This document shows, piece after piece, positions 28,214-38,122 of a stretch of 64,000 nucleotides of DNA. The position numbers and the translations under genes were made by a program. Source of the DNA: Actinomycetota bacterium (GTDB lineage: Bacteria; Actinomycetota; Acidimicrobiia; IMCC26256; PALSA-610). The number at the start of each line of letters is the position of its first letter. Positions within the stretch are counted from its first letter, which is position 1. The stretch is from assembly GCA_003134555.1 (NCBI GenBank), contig PLBO01000151.1:97817-161816 (forward strand), read 5' to 3'. Below the pieces are notes generated by a model. That model ran no database searches. It was not told where the DNA came from and saw only the letters and a list, made by a program, of their open reading frames with translations.

Positions 28214-29581
28214 TCACGAACCTCTCCTTCCCGCGCCGCTGAGATCGAGCCGGCGATCCATGTCGCTGCGAAGCAGGTTGTCAGGGTCGAGGGCGGCACG
28301 GGTGGAGCGCCATTCGTCGAGGCGCGGGTACATCGCGGCCAGCAACTCCGGTCGCAGCCGGGAATCCTTCGTCAGGTACACGCGACCGCCGGCTTCCACC
28401 ACCAACTCGTCGAGGCCGTCGAGCAACGGGGCCAGGCGCGGCGAGGCGGGGATGTCGAGCGCGAGCGTCCAACCCGACATCGGGAACCCGATCAACGAGC
28501 GACTGTCGTGCTCGAAACGCTTGAGCACCGCGAGGAATGTGGGCACCCGGGCCGCGCTGAACCGCTCGAGCGCCGTCCGCACGACTTGCTCCGATCCGAA
28601 AGGCACGACGAACTGGTATTGCACGAATCCGCGCGGGCCGTAGATGCGGTTCCAGTCGCGAACGCTGTCGAGGGGAAAGAAGAAGGGCTTGATGCCCTCA
28701 ACGACGCGGTGCGTCGTGCGCGGAGCCCGGCGGAACCACAGCTCGTTGAATGCGCGCACGGTGACCGGGTTGAGGAGACCGTTCGGGATCCACGGCGGAG
28801 CGGCGAGCAGCGTGCGCGGCACGTACTCACGCGCGGTCGAGCGGTCGGAGACCGGCAGCTCGTCGAAGGTGGCGTGATTACCCCGCGTCAGCACGGCGCG
28901 CCCGAGGTGACCGCCCGACGCCAGGCAGTCGATCCAGGCGACCGAGTAGCGGTACTCGTGATCGCGCTCGAGCATGCGCTCCATGCAGTCGTCGACGTCG
29001 TTGGTGCGTTCGGTGTCGCACACGATGCGCGACGTCTCGACGGATTGGAGCTTGAGCGTGGCCTCCGTGACGACACCGGTCAGGCCCATGCCGCCGCTGG
29101 TCGCCCAGAATCCGTTGGCATCGGCTTCGGGTTCGAGCATGTATGCGCCGCGCGCCGGCGTGACGATCCGCATGCGGTCGACGTAGTCGGCGAAGGAGCC
29201 GTGGCGGAACTTGCCGTGGATGTCGGATGCGATGGCACCGCCGACGGTGACGTAGCTCGTGCCCGGGATGACCATGGGGAACCAGCCGAGCGGCAGGAGC
29301 ACCCGCAGCAGCGTGTCGAGGCTCACGCCACTCTCGACGGTCACCGTGCCCTTCTCGACGTCGATCGCGAGAACCCGATCGAGCTTGCTGCACGACAACA
29401 CGTCGCCACCCGCGTTCTGCGCGGCATCGCCGTACGAGCGACCCAACCCACGTGCGATCACGCCGCGCGGGCTCGGCGCGGTCACCTGCGAGACGATCTG
29501 CTCGAGGTCGTCCGGCCGGTGCACCGTTGCGAGCGTCGGCGAGGTGCGGCCCCATCCCGAGAGCAGTTCCGGGGCAGCCAT
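28214..29581 (-). CDS. dprE1: Decaprenylphospho-beta-D-ribose 2'-oxidase-like FAD oxidoreductase
   Basis: GWGRT, ARGLGRSYGDAAQN, PGTSYVTVGGAIASDIHGK, YSVAWID, GGRVYLTKDSR. Confidence 0.92.
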   Translation of the reverse strand: MAAPELLSGWGRTSPTLATVHRPDDLEQIVSQVTAPSPRGVIARGLGRSYGDAAQNAGGDVLSCSKLDRVLAIDVEKGTVTVESGVSLDTLLRVLLPLGWFPMVIPGTSYVTVGGAIASDIHGKFRHGSFADYVDRMRIVTPARGAYMLEPEADANGFWATSGGMGLTGVVTEATLKLQSVETSRIVCDTERTNDVDDCMERMLERDHEYRYSVAWIDCLASGGHLGRAVLTRGNHATFDELPVSDRSTAREYVPRTLLAAPPWIPNGLLNPVTVRAFNELWFRRAPRTTHRVVEGIKPFFFPLDSVRDWNRIYGPRGFVQYQFVVPFGSEQVVRTALERFSAARVPTFLAVLKRFEHDSRSLIGFPMSGWTLALDIPASPRLAPLLDGLDELVVEAGGRVYLTKDSRLRPELLAAMYPRLDEWRSTRAALDPDNLLRSDMDRRLDLSGAGRRGS

Positions 29582-30501
29582 CAGAAATTGTGCACCGCGA
29601 GCGCGAAGAAAACGGCCCACATCGCGCCCATCGCGAGCAGGACGCGGTCGGAGAGCACGAGCTCTTCCGGCGCTCCGCCCCGCCCCTGCTCCAGGAGCAG
29701 CGCGTAGCGCAGGATACCGAGAACGAACGGCACGATCGACAGCTCGAACCACAAGGGACTACCGACGGTCGACGACTTCTCGAACGCCCACAGGCAGTAC
29801 GCGAGCACCGTGACGCTCGACGCGACCGCGCGTACGTAGCTCAGGAAACCGCGCGAGTACATGTCGAGGGTCAGGCGATGACCGCCCGCCTGGTCACCGA
29901 GCTCCACCATCTCCGCGTGCCGCTTGCCGGTGACCATGAAAAGAGAGGCCGAGCCCGCCACGATGAGGAACCACGGCGAGATCGACACACCGACCGCGAC
30001 GCCACCGGCGATTGTGCGGAGCACGAAGCCCGACGCGACGCACGCGAGATCCAGCACGGCCTCGTGCTTGAGCCACACGCTGTACACGATCGTCTGCAGG
30101 AGGTATCCGCCGACGACGAGCGAGAGTTGCCACCGAGCGGCGAACGAGAGCGCGATCGCACCGGCCAGGAGCACGACTCCGCCGGTCATCGCGGTGCGCG
30201 ACGACACTTCGCCCGACGCGATCGGGCGCAGGCGTTTCGTGGGGTGACGGCGATCGGCGTCGACGTCGAGCGCGTCGTTGAGGAAGTACGTTCCGCTCGC
30301 GGCCAGGCAGAAGCACGCGAACGCGATGCCCGTGCGCGCGAGCGCAGTGCCGTTGCCGAGGACCCCGGCCGCACCGGGTGCCGCGATGACGAGAACGTTC
30401 TTGACCCACTGCTTGGGCCGCGCGAGGCGCACGAGCGCGGGCAGCGCGGGAGGCCCGTGTCGAGGCTCGTCCTCGGGGACGTCGGATCTCAGCGCGCCCA
30501 T
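29581..30501 (-). CDS. ubiA: Decaprenyl-phosphate phosphoribosyltransferase (UbiA family)
   Basis: RPKQWVKN, YFLND..D..DRRHPTKRLRPIASG, KR.AE, GGAPEE. Confidence 0.92.
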   Translation of the reverse strand: MGALRSDVPEDEPRHGPPALPALVRLARPKQWVKNVLVIAAPGAAGVLGNGTALARTGIAFACFCLAASGTYFLNDALDVDADRRHPTKRLRPIASGEVSSRTAMTGGVVLLAGAIALSFAARWQLSLVVGGYLLQTIVYSVWLKHEAVLDLACVASGFVLRTIAGGVAVGVSISPWFLIVAGSASLFMVTGKRHAEMVELGDQAGGHRLTLDMYSRGFLSYVRAVASSVTVLAYCLWAFEKSSTVGSPLWFELSIVPFVLGILRYALLLEQGRGGAPEELVLSDRVLLAMGAMWAVFFALAVHNF

Positions 30502-30515
30502 CGCTCTGCGACCGC

Positions 30516-31847
30516 TCAGATCTCGAGTGGTTCGTGCTCGACGACCTGCACGAGGTCTCGCAGCGACCCGCCACCCGCCCGCATCCGCGGGATCAGGAGC
30601 CCGGCCATGACGATCGCGGCTGCGGTTCCGCCCGCGAGGAAGCCGAGCTCGTTGCGGAGGATCAAGTCGTTACCGAGCGAGACCGCGACGACGAACGAGA
30701 CGATCCCCACGATCCAGGCGAAGGCATTCTCCTTGTAGGCCTTCAGCGCGATGAGACCCTGTGCGAGGGTCAGCGCAAGGATGAAGGTGGTGGCCGCGAG
30801 CGTCAGCAGGAACATGTCGCGGTTGGCGAGATCCCACTTGCTGGCGAACAGCTTCTTGCCGGCCCAGGGGCCGATGAACGTGGCGGCGATCGTTCCGCTC
30901 ACACACAACGTGACCACGACGGCGATCAGCCGACGCATGCCGATCCGGAAGTCGTCGTGCTTTCCTTCGCTCGCGAGGCCGGCGAGCTTCGGCAACAACG
31001 CCGCTTGAACGGCCTGGAACAGGAGCAGCGGGACGCGCGCGATGAACAGACCCGTGATGAAGTGCGAGCTGAGGTCCTTCTGGCTTTCGGTTGCGAGCAG
31101 CTTCACCCCGAACACGCTCGCGTACGAGAGCAGCTGGGCGAGCACCGAACCGAGCAGGAGCCACGCGAGCGCTCCGGACAGCTCCGAGTAGGGGGCTTCC
31201 GGACCCGGCAGCATGAGGTCGCGTTCGCCTCGCAGCGAGATCGCCACCGCGACAATCGGCGGAGCCGCGAGGGCGAAGCCGTAGAGGCCGGCCGATTTGA
31301 CGCCGATCACGTACAGAGCGAGGCAGGCGACGAGGCGCACGGTGCCCTCGGTGCCCTGCATGAGGCCGTACGCGCGGAAACGACCGTTCCCCGACAGCGT
31401 GCCCCGGGTGATGAACGCCACGTAGTAGCAGAACAAAGCGACGAACAGGCCGACGAAGAGTGTTGCCCGGCCCGTGAACAGTTCGTCGACGATCGGCCGG
31501 TACGCGATCGCGGACGCGACGGCGACCGCGAGGGCGAGCATTCCCCCGAGCAGCGCGGCGCGCTTGACGAGCGGGCCGCCGCCCTCGCCGCGGGCTCGCC
31601 GGGCCGAGACCGCGCGGCCCACCTCTTGCTCGAGCGGCTGGAACAGGCCGGGCGTGAGAACGAACACCATCGCCCAGAGCACGTTGAGCGAGTTGAAGTC
31701 GTCGTTCGACAACCGTTTCGCGGCGAAGATCTGGAAGCCGTACGCGCTGAGGCCGACGATGATCAGGCCCGCGCCGATCGCCCAGGTGCCTTCCGGAACG
31801 GGGAGCTTCTTGGCGGCGCCCGTCAGCCGCTGGACACGCTCGACCAC
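30516..31847 (-). CDS. Polysaccharide flippase-like (Wzx/MOP) membrane protein
   Basis: About 12 TM segments, EQEVGR, ARVPLLLFQAVQAALLP. First gene of the operon. Confidence 0.7.
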   Translation of the reverse strand: MVERVQRLTGAAKKLPVPEGTWAIGAGLIIVGLSAYGFQIFAAKRLSNDDFNSLNVLWAMVFVLTPGLFQPLEQEVGRAVSARRARGEGGGPLVKRAALLGGMLALAVAVASAIAYRPIVDELFTGRATLFVGLFVALFCYYVAFITRGTLSGNGRFRAYGLMQGTEGTVRLVACLALYVIGVKSAGLYGFALAAPPIVAVAISLRGERDLMLPGPEAPYSELSGALAWLLLGSVLAQLLSYASVFGVKLLATESQKDLSSHFITGLFIARVPLLLFQAVQAALLPKLAGLASEGKHDDFRIGMRRLIAVVVTLCVSGTIAATFIGPWAGKKLFASKWDLANRDMFLLTLAATTFILALTLAQGLIALKAYKENAFAWIVGIVSFVVAVSLGNDLILRNELGFLAGGTAAAIVMAGLLIPRMRAGGGSLRDLVQVVEHEPLEI

Positions 31848-31973
31848 GAATGTGAAAGGTTACTCGTCTCCTCCGGATGGGCCCGACGCGGACTCGATGC
31901 CGGGGTGGTGGGGATAGCCTCGACGCGTGCGGAAAGCGTGCACGCGAACCGAAGCGAGAGCGCCGAGATTGCC

Positions 31974-32066
31974 GTGAGTACCCGTACGTACATCGTTCTC
32001 GCGGCGCTCACCGGCTTGCTGATCCTGGTCGCGTTCGCCTTCCAGGTCGTGTGGGTGAACCGATGA
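31974..32066 (+). CDS. Putative 30-aa single-TM protein
   Basis: GTG-STRTYIVLAALTGLLILVAFAFQVVWVNR-TGA upstream of lpdA. Confidence 0.5.
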   Translation: MSTRTYIVLAALTGLLILVAFAFQVVWVNR

Positions 32067-32108
32067 CCGCGTACCTCGACGAGACGCCTCACGACGACAG
32101 GAGAGCGC

Positions 32109-33488
32109 ATGGCTGACGACTTCGACCTCGTCGTGCTCGGCGGTGGTCCCGGCGGGTATGCCGCCGCGCTCTACGGCGCGAGCGCGGGGATGAGCATTGC
32201 CATCGTCGAGGAGCAGCGCGTCGGCGGAACGTGCCTGCATCGCGGCTGCATTCCCGCCAAGGAACTGCTGCAGACGGCCGAGGTGCTCCGAACCGTGCGC
32301 GAGGCCGCCGAGTTCGGCGTGCTGACCTCCGATCCCACGCTTCAGCTCTCGACCTCGCAGACGCGCAAGCAAACGGTGGTCGATCGCCTCACCTCGGGCC
32401 TGGAGAGCTTGCTCGGGCGCCGCAAGGTCACGATCGTCGCCGGTACGGGAACACTTGCGCCCGACGGGCGATCGCTGAACGTGTCCGACGGAAGCGTGAT
32501 TCGCGGGCGCAACGTGCTCATCGCGACGGGTTCGTCGGCGCGCACGCTCGCGGTCGACGGCTTCGAATTCGACGGGTCGCGCGTGCTCTCGTCCGACGAG
32601 GTTCTGCAGTTGGACGAGATTCCCGCACGGGTGGCGGTTATCGGCGGCGGCGCGATCGGCTGCGAGTTCGCGTCGTTCCTCGTCGACGCCGGTTCCGAGG
32701 TCACGATCCTCGAAGCTCTGCCGCAGGTGCTCACCGGGGTCGATCAGCAGGTGGCGCAGGTCGTCGTACGCGCGTTCCAAAAGCGCGGGATCAAGACGAA
32801 CACAGGTGTGCGCGTGTTGGGCTTCGACGGCAAGGCTGTGCGCTTCGAGGGCAAGAACGGCGAGGAGTTGCTGCCCGTCGACAAGGTGGTGGTGTCGGTC
32901 GGTCGCCGGCCGCGCTCCGAGAACATCGGCCTCGACGGCGCGGGCGTCAAGGTCGACGAGCGCGGCTTCGTCGCGGTCGACGGGAACATGCGCACCAATG
33001 TCGACGGCGTGTACGCGGCCGGCGACGTGGTGGCCACACCCCAACTCGCGCACGTCGCGTTCGCGGAGGGGATCGTCGCGATCAAGACGATGCTCGGAGA
33101 GTCGCCGGCGCCCGTCGACTACGACAAAGTCCCGTGGTGCATCTACTGCCATCCCGAGGTTGCGTTCTGCGGGCTGACCGAGGCGCAGGCCAAGGAGCGT
33201 GGATACGACGTCGAGACGTCGGTGCACCGGTGGGTAGGTAACGGGCGCGCGATCATCGTGGGCGAGACCGACGGAATGATGAAGATCGTCGCGGAGCGCG
33301 GTGGCGCGATCCTCGGGGTGCACATCGCCGGCCCGTGGGCGACCGAGCTGATCGCCGAGGGGTACATCAGCGTCAACTGGGAGGCCACCCCGGCCGATGT
33401 GGGCCTGTTGATCCACGCTCATCCGACGTTGTCGGAGCTGTTCGGCGAGTCGGTGCTCGCGCTCACCGGACGCTCACTACACGCTTAA
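32109..33488 (+). CDS. lpdA: Dihydrolipoyl dehydrogenase
   Basis: GGGPGGY, GGTCLHRGCIP redox disulfide, HAHPTLSE. Confidence 0.96.
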   Translation: MADDFDLVVLGGGPGGYAAALYGASAGMSIAIVEEQRVGGTCLHRGCIPAKELLQTAEVLRTVREAAEFGVLTSDPTLQLSTSQTRKQTVVDRLTSGLESLLGRRKVTIVAGTGTLAPDGRSLNVSDGSVIRGRNVLIATGSSARTLAVDGFEFDGSRVLSSDEVLQLDEIPARVAVIGGGAIGCEFASFLVDAGSEVTILEALPQVLTGVDQQVAQVVVRAFQKRGIKTNTGVRVLGFDGKAVRFEGKNGEELLPVDKVVVSVGRRPRSENIGLDGAGVKVDERGFVAVDGNMRTNVDGVYAAGDVVATPQLAHVAFAEGIVAIKTMLGESPAPVDYDKVPWCIYCHPEVAFCGLTEAQAKERGYDVETSVHRWVGNGRAIIVGETDGMMKIVAERGGAILGVHIAGPWATELIAEGYISVNWEATPADVGLLIHAHPTLSELFGESVLALTGRSLHA

Positions 33489-33501
33489 AGGGCAGGAGCT
33501 C

Positions 33502-34923
33502 ATGGACGTCACGATGCCGCAACTCGGTGAGACGGTCACCGAAGGCACGATCACGAAGTGGTTCAAGCAGGTCGGCGAGAAGATCGACGCCGACGAGCCG
33601 TTGTTCGAGGTGTCGACCGACAAGGTCGACTCCGAGGTGCCGGCCCCGCAGGCCGGATACGTCACCGAGATCGTCGTACAAGAGGGGGAGACGGTGCCGG
33701 TGGGTGCGCGGCTCGCGGTGATCTCCGAGCAAGCGGGCGCCGGCAGCGCAACGCCTCCCGCCGCGGCCCCCGCCTCGCCGCCCGCATCGTCCGAAGCTCC
33801 TCCCGCCGCGCCGGCAGCGCCTGCCGCGCCGCCCGCGGCCGCGCCTGCTCCGCCCGCACCGGCCCCTCCTGCAGCGGCGCCCGCACCGGCCCCTCCTGCA
33901 GCGGCGCCGGCCCCCGCCGCGCCGGTCGCCGAAGCTGCTCCGGCGGCGCCTGCGCCCGCGCCGACCGTTCGGAATGGCGGCGGCACGGTGACTTCGCCGC
34001 TGGTGCGGCGTCTGATCGAGGAGCAGGGTCTCGACCCGGCCGGGATACGAGGCACCGGAGAAGGAGGCCGCATCACGCGCAACGACGTGCTCGACGCCGC
34101 GCGCGCCCGCGGCCCGGCGCCTGCTCCCGCGACCCGTGCACCTGCTGAACCAGCCGGGACCCCGGCCGCCGCGCCGGCTGCAGCCGAGCCGCAGGTCGCG
34201 CGCACCGAGGGTGACGAGGTCGTGCCGTTCGACAACATCCGCCGGCGAACGGCGGAGCACATGGTGCGATCGCTGGCGACGAGCGCGCACGTCTACACGT
34301 CGGTGCGCGTCGACTTCGAGCGCGTCGAACGCGTCCGTCAGACGCACCAGGCGGAGTGGCGGGCCGAGGAAGGGTTCGCGCTCACGTACCTGCCGTTCAT
34401 CGTCCGCGCGTTTTGTGACGTCGTGCACGACTACCCGCACGTGAACGCGAGTGTCGAAGGCGAGACGCTCATCGTGCATCGCGACATCAACCTCGGGATC
34501 GCCGTCGATCTGCAGTTCAAGGGCTTGATCGCGCCGGTGATCCGCAACGCCGACGGCAAGCGGCTGCGACTGCTCGCGCGGGAGATCCGCGATCTGGCGG
34601 CGCGCGCGAAATCGAAGCAGCTCAGCCCCGACGACATCGTCGGAGGCACGTTCACCATCACGAACATGGGTCCGTTCGGAACCGCGCAGACCTTCCCGAT
34701 CATCAATCAGCCGCAAGTCGCGATCATGGCGACCGACGCGATCCGCAAGGAGCCGGTCGTCGTCGAGGGCCCCGACGGCGACGACGCGATCGCGGTGCAC
34801 CATGTTGGGTTCCTGTCGCTGGCGTGGGATCACCGTGCCTTCGACGGTGCCTACGCGGCGTCGTTCCTGAACGCTTTGCGGGTGGAGCTCGAGACGCACG
34901 ACTGGGAAGCCGAGCTCGCGTGA
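33502..34923 (+). CDS. sucB: Dihydrolipoamide acyltransferase (E2; SucB/DlaT type)
   Basis: Lipoyl domain STDKVDSE, Pro/Ala linker, E3-binding GTGEGGRIT, catalytic DHRAFDG. Confidence 0.9.
   Translation: MDVTMPQLGETVTEGTITKWFKQVGEKIDADEPLFEVSTDKVDSEVPAPQAGYVTEIVVQEGETVPVGARLAVISEQAGAGSATPPAAAPASPPASSEAPPAAPAAPAAPPAAAPAPPAPAPPAAAPAPAPPAAAPAPAAPVAEAAPAAPAPAPTVRNGGGTVTSPLVRRLIEEQGLDPAGIRGTGEGGRITRNDVLDAARARGPAPAPATRAPAEPAGTPAAAPAAAEPQVARTEGDEVVPFDNIRRRTAEHMVRSLATSAHVYTSVRVDFERVERVRQTHQAEWRAEEGFALTYLPFIVRAFCDVVHDYPHVNASVEGETLIVHRDINLGIAVDLQFKGLIAPVIRNADGKRLRLLAREIRDLAARAKSKQLSPDDIVGGTFTITNMGPFGTAQTFPIINQPQVAIMATDAIRKEPVVVEGPDGDDAIAVHHVGFLSLAWDHRAFDGAYAASFLNALRVELETHDWEAELA
33851..33908 (+). repeat. 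27-bp tandem duplication in the E2 Pro/Ala linker
   Basis: CGCCCGCACCGGCCCCTCCTGCAGCGG x2. Confidence 0.9.
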
Positions 34924-36461
34924 GATCCCGTTGGCTCGGGCTCGTGCCCTACGCGGAAGCGGAAGCGTTGCAGCGTGCGATCCACGAGCACGCCGATACC
35001 GACTACCTGCTGCTCCAGGAGCATCCGCACGTGTACACGCTCGGGTCGAGCGCGAAGGTCGAGCACGTGCTCCGCGATCCGGCCACGGTGGGAGCCCAGC
35101 TCGTCGAGGCTGATCGCGGCGGCGACGTGACATACCACGGTCCCGGTCAGCTCGTCGGCTACCCGATCATCTCCCTCGAGGAGTGGCGCGCAGGCCAGCG
35201 CGACGTCGTCGCCTACGTCCGCAAGCTCGAAGCCGTGCTCGTCGCGGTTTGTGCCGACTTCGGGATCGCGGCCGACCGGTCGGCCGGCTACACCGGCGTG
35301 TGGGTCGGCGACGAGAAGATCGCGGCGATCGGCGTGCGAGTGTCGCGGGGGCGGACGCGGCACGGATTCGCGCTCAACGTCGATCCCGACCTTTCGATGT
35401 TCGATCACATCGTCCCGTGCGGTATCCGCGATCGTGGGGTTACCTCGATGGCGCGGCTGCTCGATGGTCCGGTCGAGATGCACGCAGTCGTCGACAGTGT
35501 CGTCGCTCGGTTCGCCGAGGTGTTCGCGGGCGACGAGCGGGAGCGGCAGGATGTCGCCTGGCATCGGCCCGCGCGTGCCGAGGGCGTCGAGGTCGCGCTG
35601 ACGCGCAAGCGCCCCGAGTGGATGCGAGTGCGCGCACGGTTCGACGACGGCTACCTCGAGCTCAAGCAACTTGCCCGGCGGCTCGACCTGCACACCGTGT
35701 GCGAAGAGGCCGGCTGCCCGAACATCTACGAGTGCTGGGCCGACCGCACCGCGACGTTCATGATCAACGGCGATCGCTGCTCGCGCGCGTGCGGCTTCTG
35801 CCAGGTCGACACGCGCAAGCCGCTCGCGCTCGACGTCGAGGAGCCGCAACGGGTTGCCGACGCCGTCGCCGCGCTCGGTCTGGCGCACGCCGTCATCACG
35901 TGCGTCGCGCGCGACGATCTGCCCGACGGAGGTGCCGCCGGCTTCGCGGCGACGGTTCACGCGATCCGCGCGACGAGTCCCGGCACTGCGGTGGAGTTGC
36001 TGATCTCCGACTGCAAGGGCGACGCGGCATCACTCGCGACGATCTTCGACGCGCGCCCCGATGTGCTCAACCACAACCTCGAGACCGTGGCGCGCCTGCA
36101 ACGCGCGGTGCGACCGTCGGCGGGTTATGCACGGTCGCTCGCGGTACTCGGTCGCGCCCGGGCCGCGGGCTTGGTCACCAAGTCGGGCCTGATCCTCGGA
36201 ATGGGCGAGACCGACGCCGAGGTGCGGGCCGCGATGGCCGACCTGCGTGCGGTCGGCGTCGAGCTCCTGACCATCGGTCAGTACCTGCGGCCGTCGGCTG
36301 AGCACCTGCCGGTCGTGAAGTGGTGGCATCCCGACGAGTTCGCCGCGCTGCGTGAGTACGGAGAGTCGCTCGGCTTCGCGCACGTCGAGTCGGGCCCCCT
36401 CGTGCGTTCGAGCTATCACGCTCGCGAAGGCGCGGATCGGCTCCTCTCGGCACCGCACTGA
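34920..36461 (+). CDS. lipA: Fused octanoyltransferase (LipB) - lipoyl synthase (LipA)
   Basis: LipB motifs RGGDVTYHGPGQ, KIAAIG, IVPCG followed in frame by LipA CEEAGCPNIYEC, CSRACGFC and RSSY. Confidence 0.93.
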   Translation: MRSRWLGLVPYAEAEALQRAIHEHADTDYLLLQEHPHVYTLGSSAKVEHVLRDPATVGAQLVEADRGGDVTYHGPGQLVGYPIISLEEWRAGQRDVVAYVRKLEAVLVAVCADFGIAADRSAGYTGVWVGDEKIAAIGVRVSRGRTRHGFALNVDPDLSMFDHIVPCGIRDRGVTSMARLLDGPVEMHAVVDSVVARFAEVFAGDERERQDVAWHRPARAEGVEVALTRKRPEWMRVRARFDDGYLELKQLARRLDLHTVCEEAGCPNIYECWADRTATFMINGDRCSRACGFCQVDTRKPLALDVEEPQRVADAVAALGLAHAVITCVARDDLPDGGAAGFAATVHAIRATSPGTAVELLISDCKGDAASLATIFDARPDVLNHNLETVARLQRAVRPSAGYARSLAVLGRARAAGLVTKSGLILGMGETDAEVRAAMADLRAVGVELLTIGQYLRPSAEHLPVVKWWHPDEFAALREYGESLGFAHVESGPLVRSSYHAREGADRLLSAPH

Positions 36462-36473
36462 GATAATGGGCGC

Positions 36474-37034
36474 ATGGCCGAGCGTTTCTCGTCGCTGAGT
36501 CCCGATCTTGCGCAGTGGTGGCGTGAACAACCGGTGTTCTTCGTCGCAACCGCACCGAGCGGCGATGCGGGCCATGTGAACCTCTCGCCCAAGGGTCTCG
36601 ACACGTTGCGCGTGCTCGCCGGCGACCGTGTCGCCTACCTCGACCTCACCGGCAGTGGAGTAGAGACGATCGCGCACCTGCGCGACAACGGGCGCATCAC
36701 TCTCATGGCGTGCGCGTTCAACGGCAACCCTCGCATCTCGCGCATCTACGGGCGCGGCGTCGTGCACGTCGCGGGTTCGCCGGAATTCGACGAGCTCGCG
36801 CCCGAGTTCCCCGATTTGCCGGGCCGGCGATCGATCGTCGAGGTCGCGGTGGAACGCGTGACCACATCGTGTGGCTACGCGGTGCCGCTCATGGATCTCG
36901 TCGACGACCGCGATCGCCTGGTCGACTGGGCGAAGAACAAGGGCGACGACGGGATCGCGGCCTACTGGGAGAACAAGAACGCACTGAGCATCGACGGCTT
37001 GCCGGGCCTCGACCGGCCCGAGGTCGACGCGTGA
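36474..37034 (+). CDS. Pyridoxamine 5'-phosphate oxidase family protein
   Basis: FFVATAP, VNLSPKG, YLDLTGSG.ET, TSCGYAVP. Confidence 0.85.
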   Translation: MAERFSSLSPDLAQWWREQPVFFVATAPSGDAGHVNLSPKGLDTLRVLAGDRVAYLDLTGSGVETIAHLRDNGRITLMACAFNGNPRISRIYGRGVVHVAGSPEFDELAPEFPDLPGRRSIVEVAVERVTTSCGYAVPLMDLVDDRDRLVDWAKNKGDDGIAAYWENKNALSIDGLPGLDRPEVDA

Positions 37035-38122
37035 GGCTTGCCGCTCGAATCACGCGAGTGCGGGCGCTGATGGCCGAGCTGGGTGTCGACGCGTTGTTGC
37101 TCTCGGTCGGACCCGAGCTGCCGTACCTCACGGGTTACGAGGCCATGCCCCTCGAACGCCTGACGATGTTGGTCCTGCCTCGCACCGGCGACGCCCAGCT
37201 CGTCATCCCTCGCCTGGAGGTTCCGCGTGTCGCGCCCCGACCGGAGCTCTTCGAAGTCGTGCCGTGGGAGGAGACCGACGACCCGATCGCGCTGGTTGCC
37301 GGAATGATCCGACGTTCTGCCCGGCGGGTGGCGATCGGAGACCACACGTGGGCGCGCTTCCTCCTCGAGCTTCAGCACGCGGTTCCGTCGTGCACGTTCG
37401 TGCGCGGTTCCGATGTCGTGGCTCCGATCCGTATGGTCAAGGACGCCGACGAGATCGCCGCGCTCACGCGCGCGGCGCACGCGGTCGACGCCATCGCGCG
37501 CGAGATGCGGTCGGTCCCGTTCGCGGGCCGGACCGAGCTCGACGTGCATCGCGAACTGGTCGATCGGATGCTCGAGGCTGGCCACGAACGCGCGAACTTC
37601 GCGATCGTCGCGGCCGGGGCAAACGCCGCGAGCCCGCACCACGAGCCCACTGCGGCGCGCGTGATCGGCAACGGCGACATCGTCCTCTGCGACTTCGGCG
37701 GCACGATGGACGGCTACTGCTCGGACATCACCCGCATGTTCCACGTCGGCGAGCCGTCAACAGAGGTCGGCGACGTGTATTCGGTTCTCGCCGAGGCGCA
37801 GGAAGCGGGCGTGCGCGCTGCGACCGTCGGCACGCCGTGCGAGGACGTCGACGCGGCGTCGCGGCACGTGATCGCCGGCGCCGGCTTCGGCGAGTACTTC
37901 GTGCATCGGGTCGGCCACGGGATCGGCGCCGAGGCGCACGAGGATCCCTACATGGTCGCGGGGAACAGCAGTCCGCTCGAGGTCGGGCACGCGTTCAGCG
38001 TGGAGCCCGGTATCTACTTTCCCGGACGCTTCGGGATGCGGCTCGAAGACATCGTCGTCGCGACCGCCGACGGACCGTTGCGCCTCAACGACGCGCCGCG
38101 CGACATCGCGATCGTTGCGTGA
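37031..38122 (+). CDS. Xaa-Pro peptidase (M24B)
   Basis: DFGG..GYCSDITR, HRVGHGIG..HE, SVEPGIY, RLED. Confidence 0.92.
   Translation: MRLAARITRVRALMAELGVDALLLSVGPELPYLTGYEAMPLERLTMLVLPRTGDAQLVIPRLEVPRVAPRPELFEVVPWEETDDPIALVAGMIRRSARRVAIGDHTWARFLLELQHAVPSCTFVRGSDVVAPIRMVKDADEIAALTRAAHAVDAIAREMRSVPFAGRTELDVHRELVDRMLEAGHERANFAIVAAGANAASPHHEPTAARVIGNGDIVLCDFGGTMDGYCSDITRMFHVGEPSTEVGDVYSVLAEAQEAGVRAATVGTPCEDVDAASRHVIAGAGFGEYFVHRVGHGIGAEAHEDPYMVAGNSSPLEVGHAFSVEPGIYFPGRFGMRLEDIVVATADGPLRLNDAPRDIAIVA

Noticed and set aside
32063-32116. 17-aa ORF bridging the small TM gene and lpdA
   Set aside because: No distinguishing features. It overlaps the lpdA RBS and start and is likely chance.
33750-33965. 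Low-complexity GC repeat as a mobile or regulatory element
   Set aside because: Ordinary Pro/Ala linker of E2.
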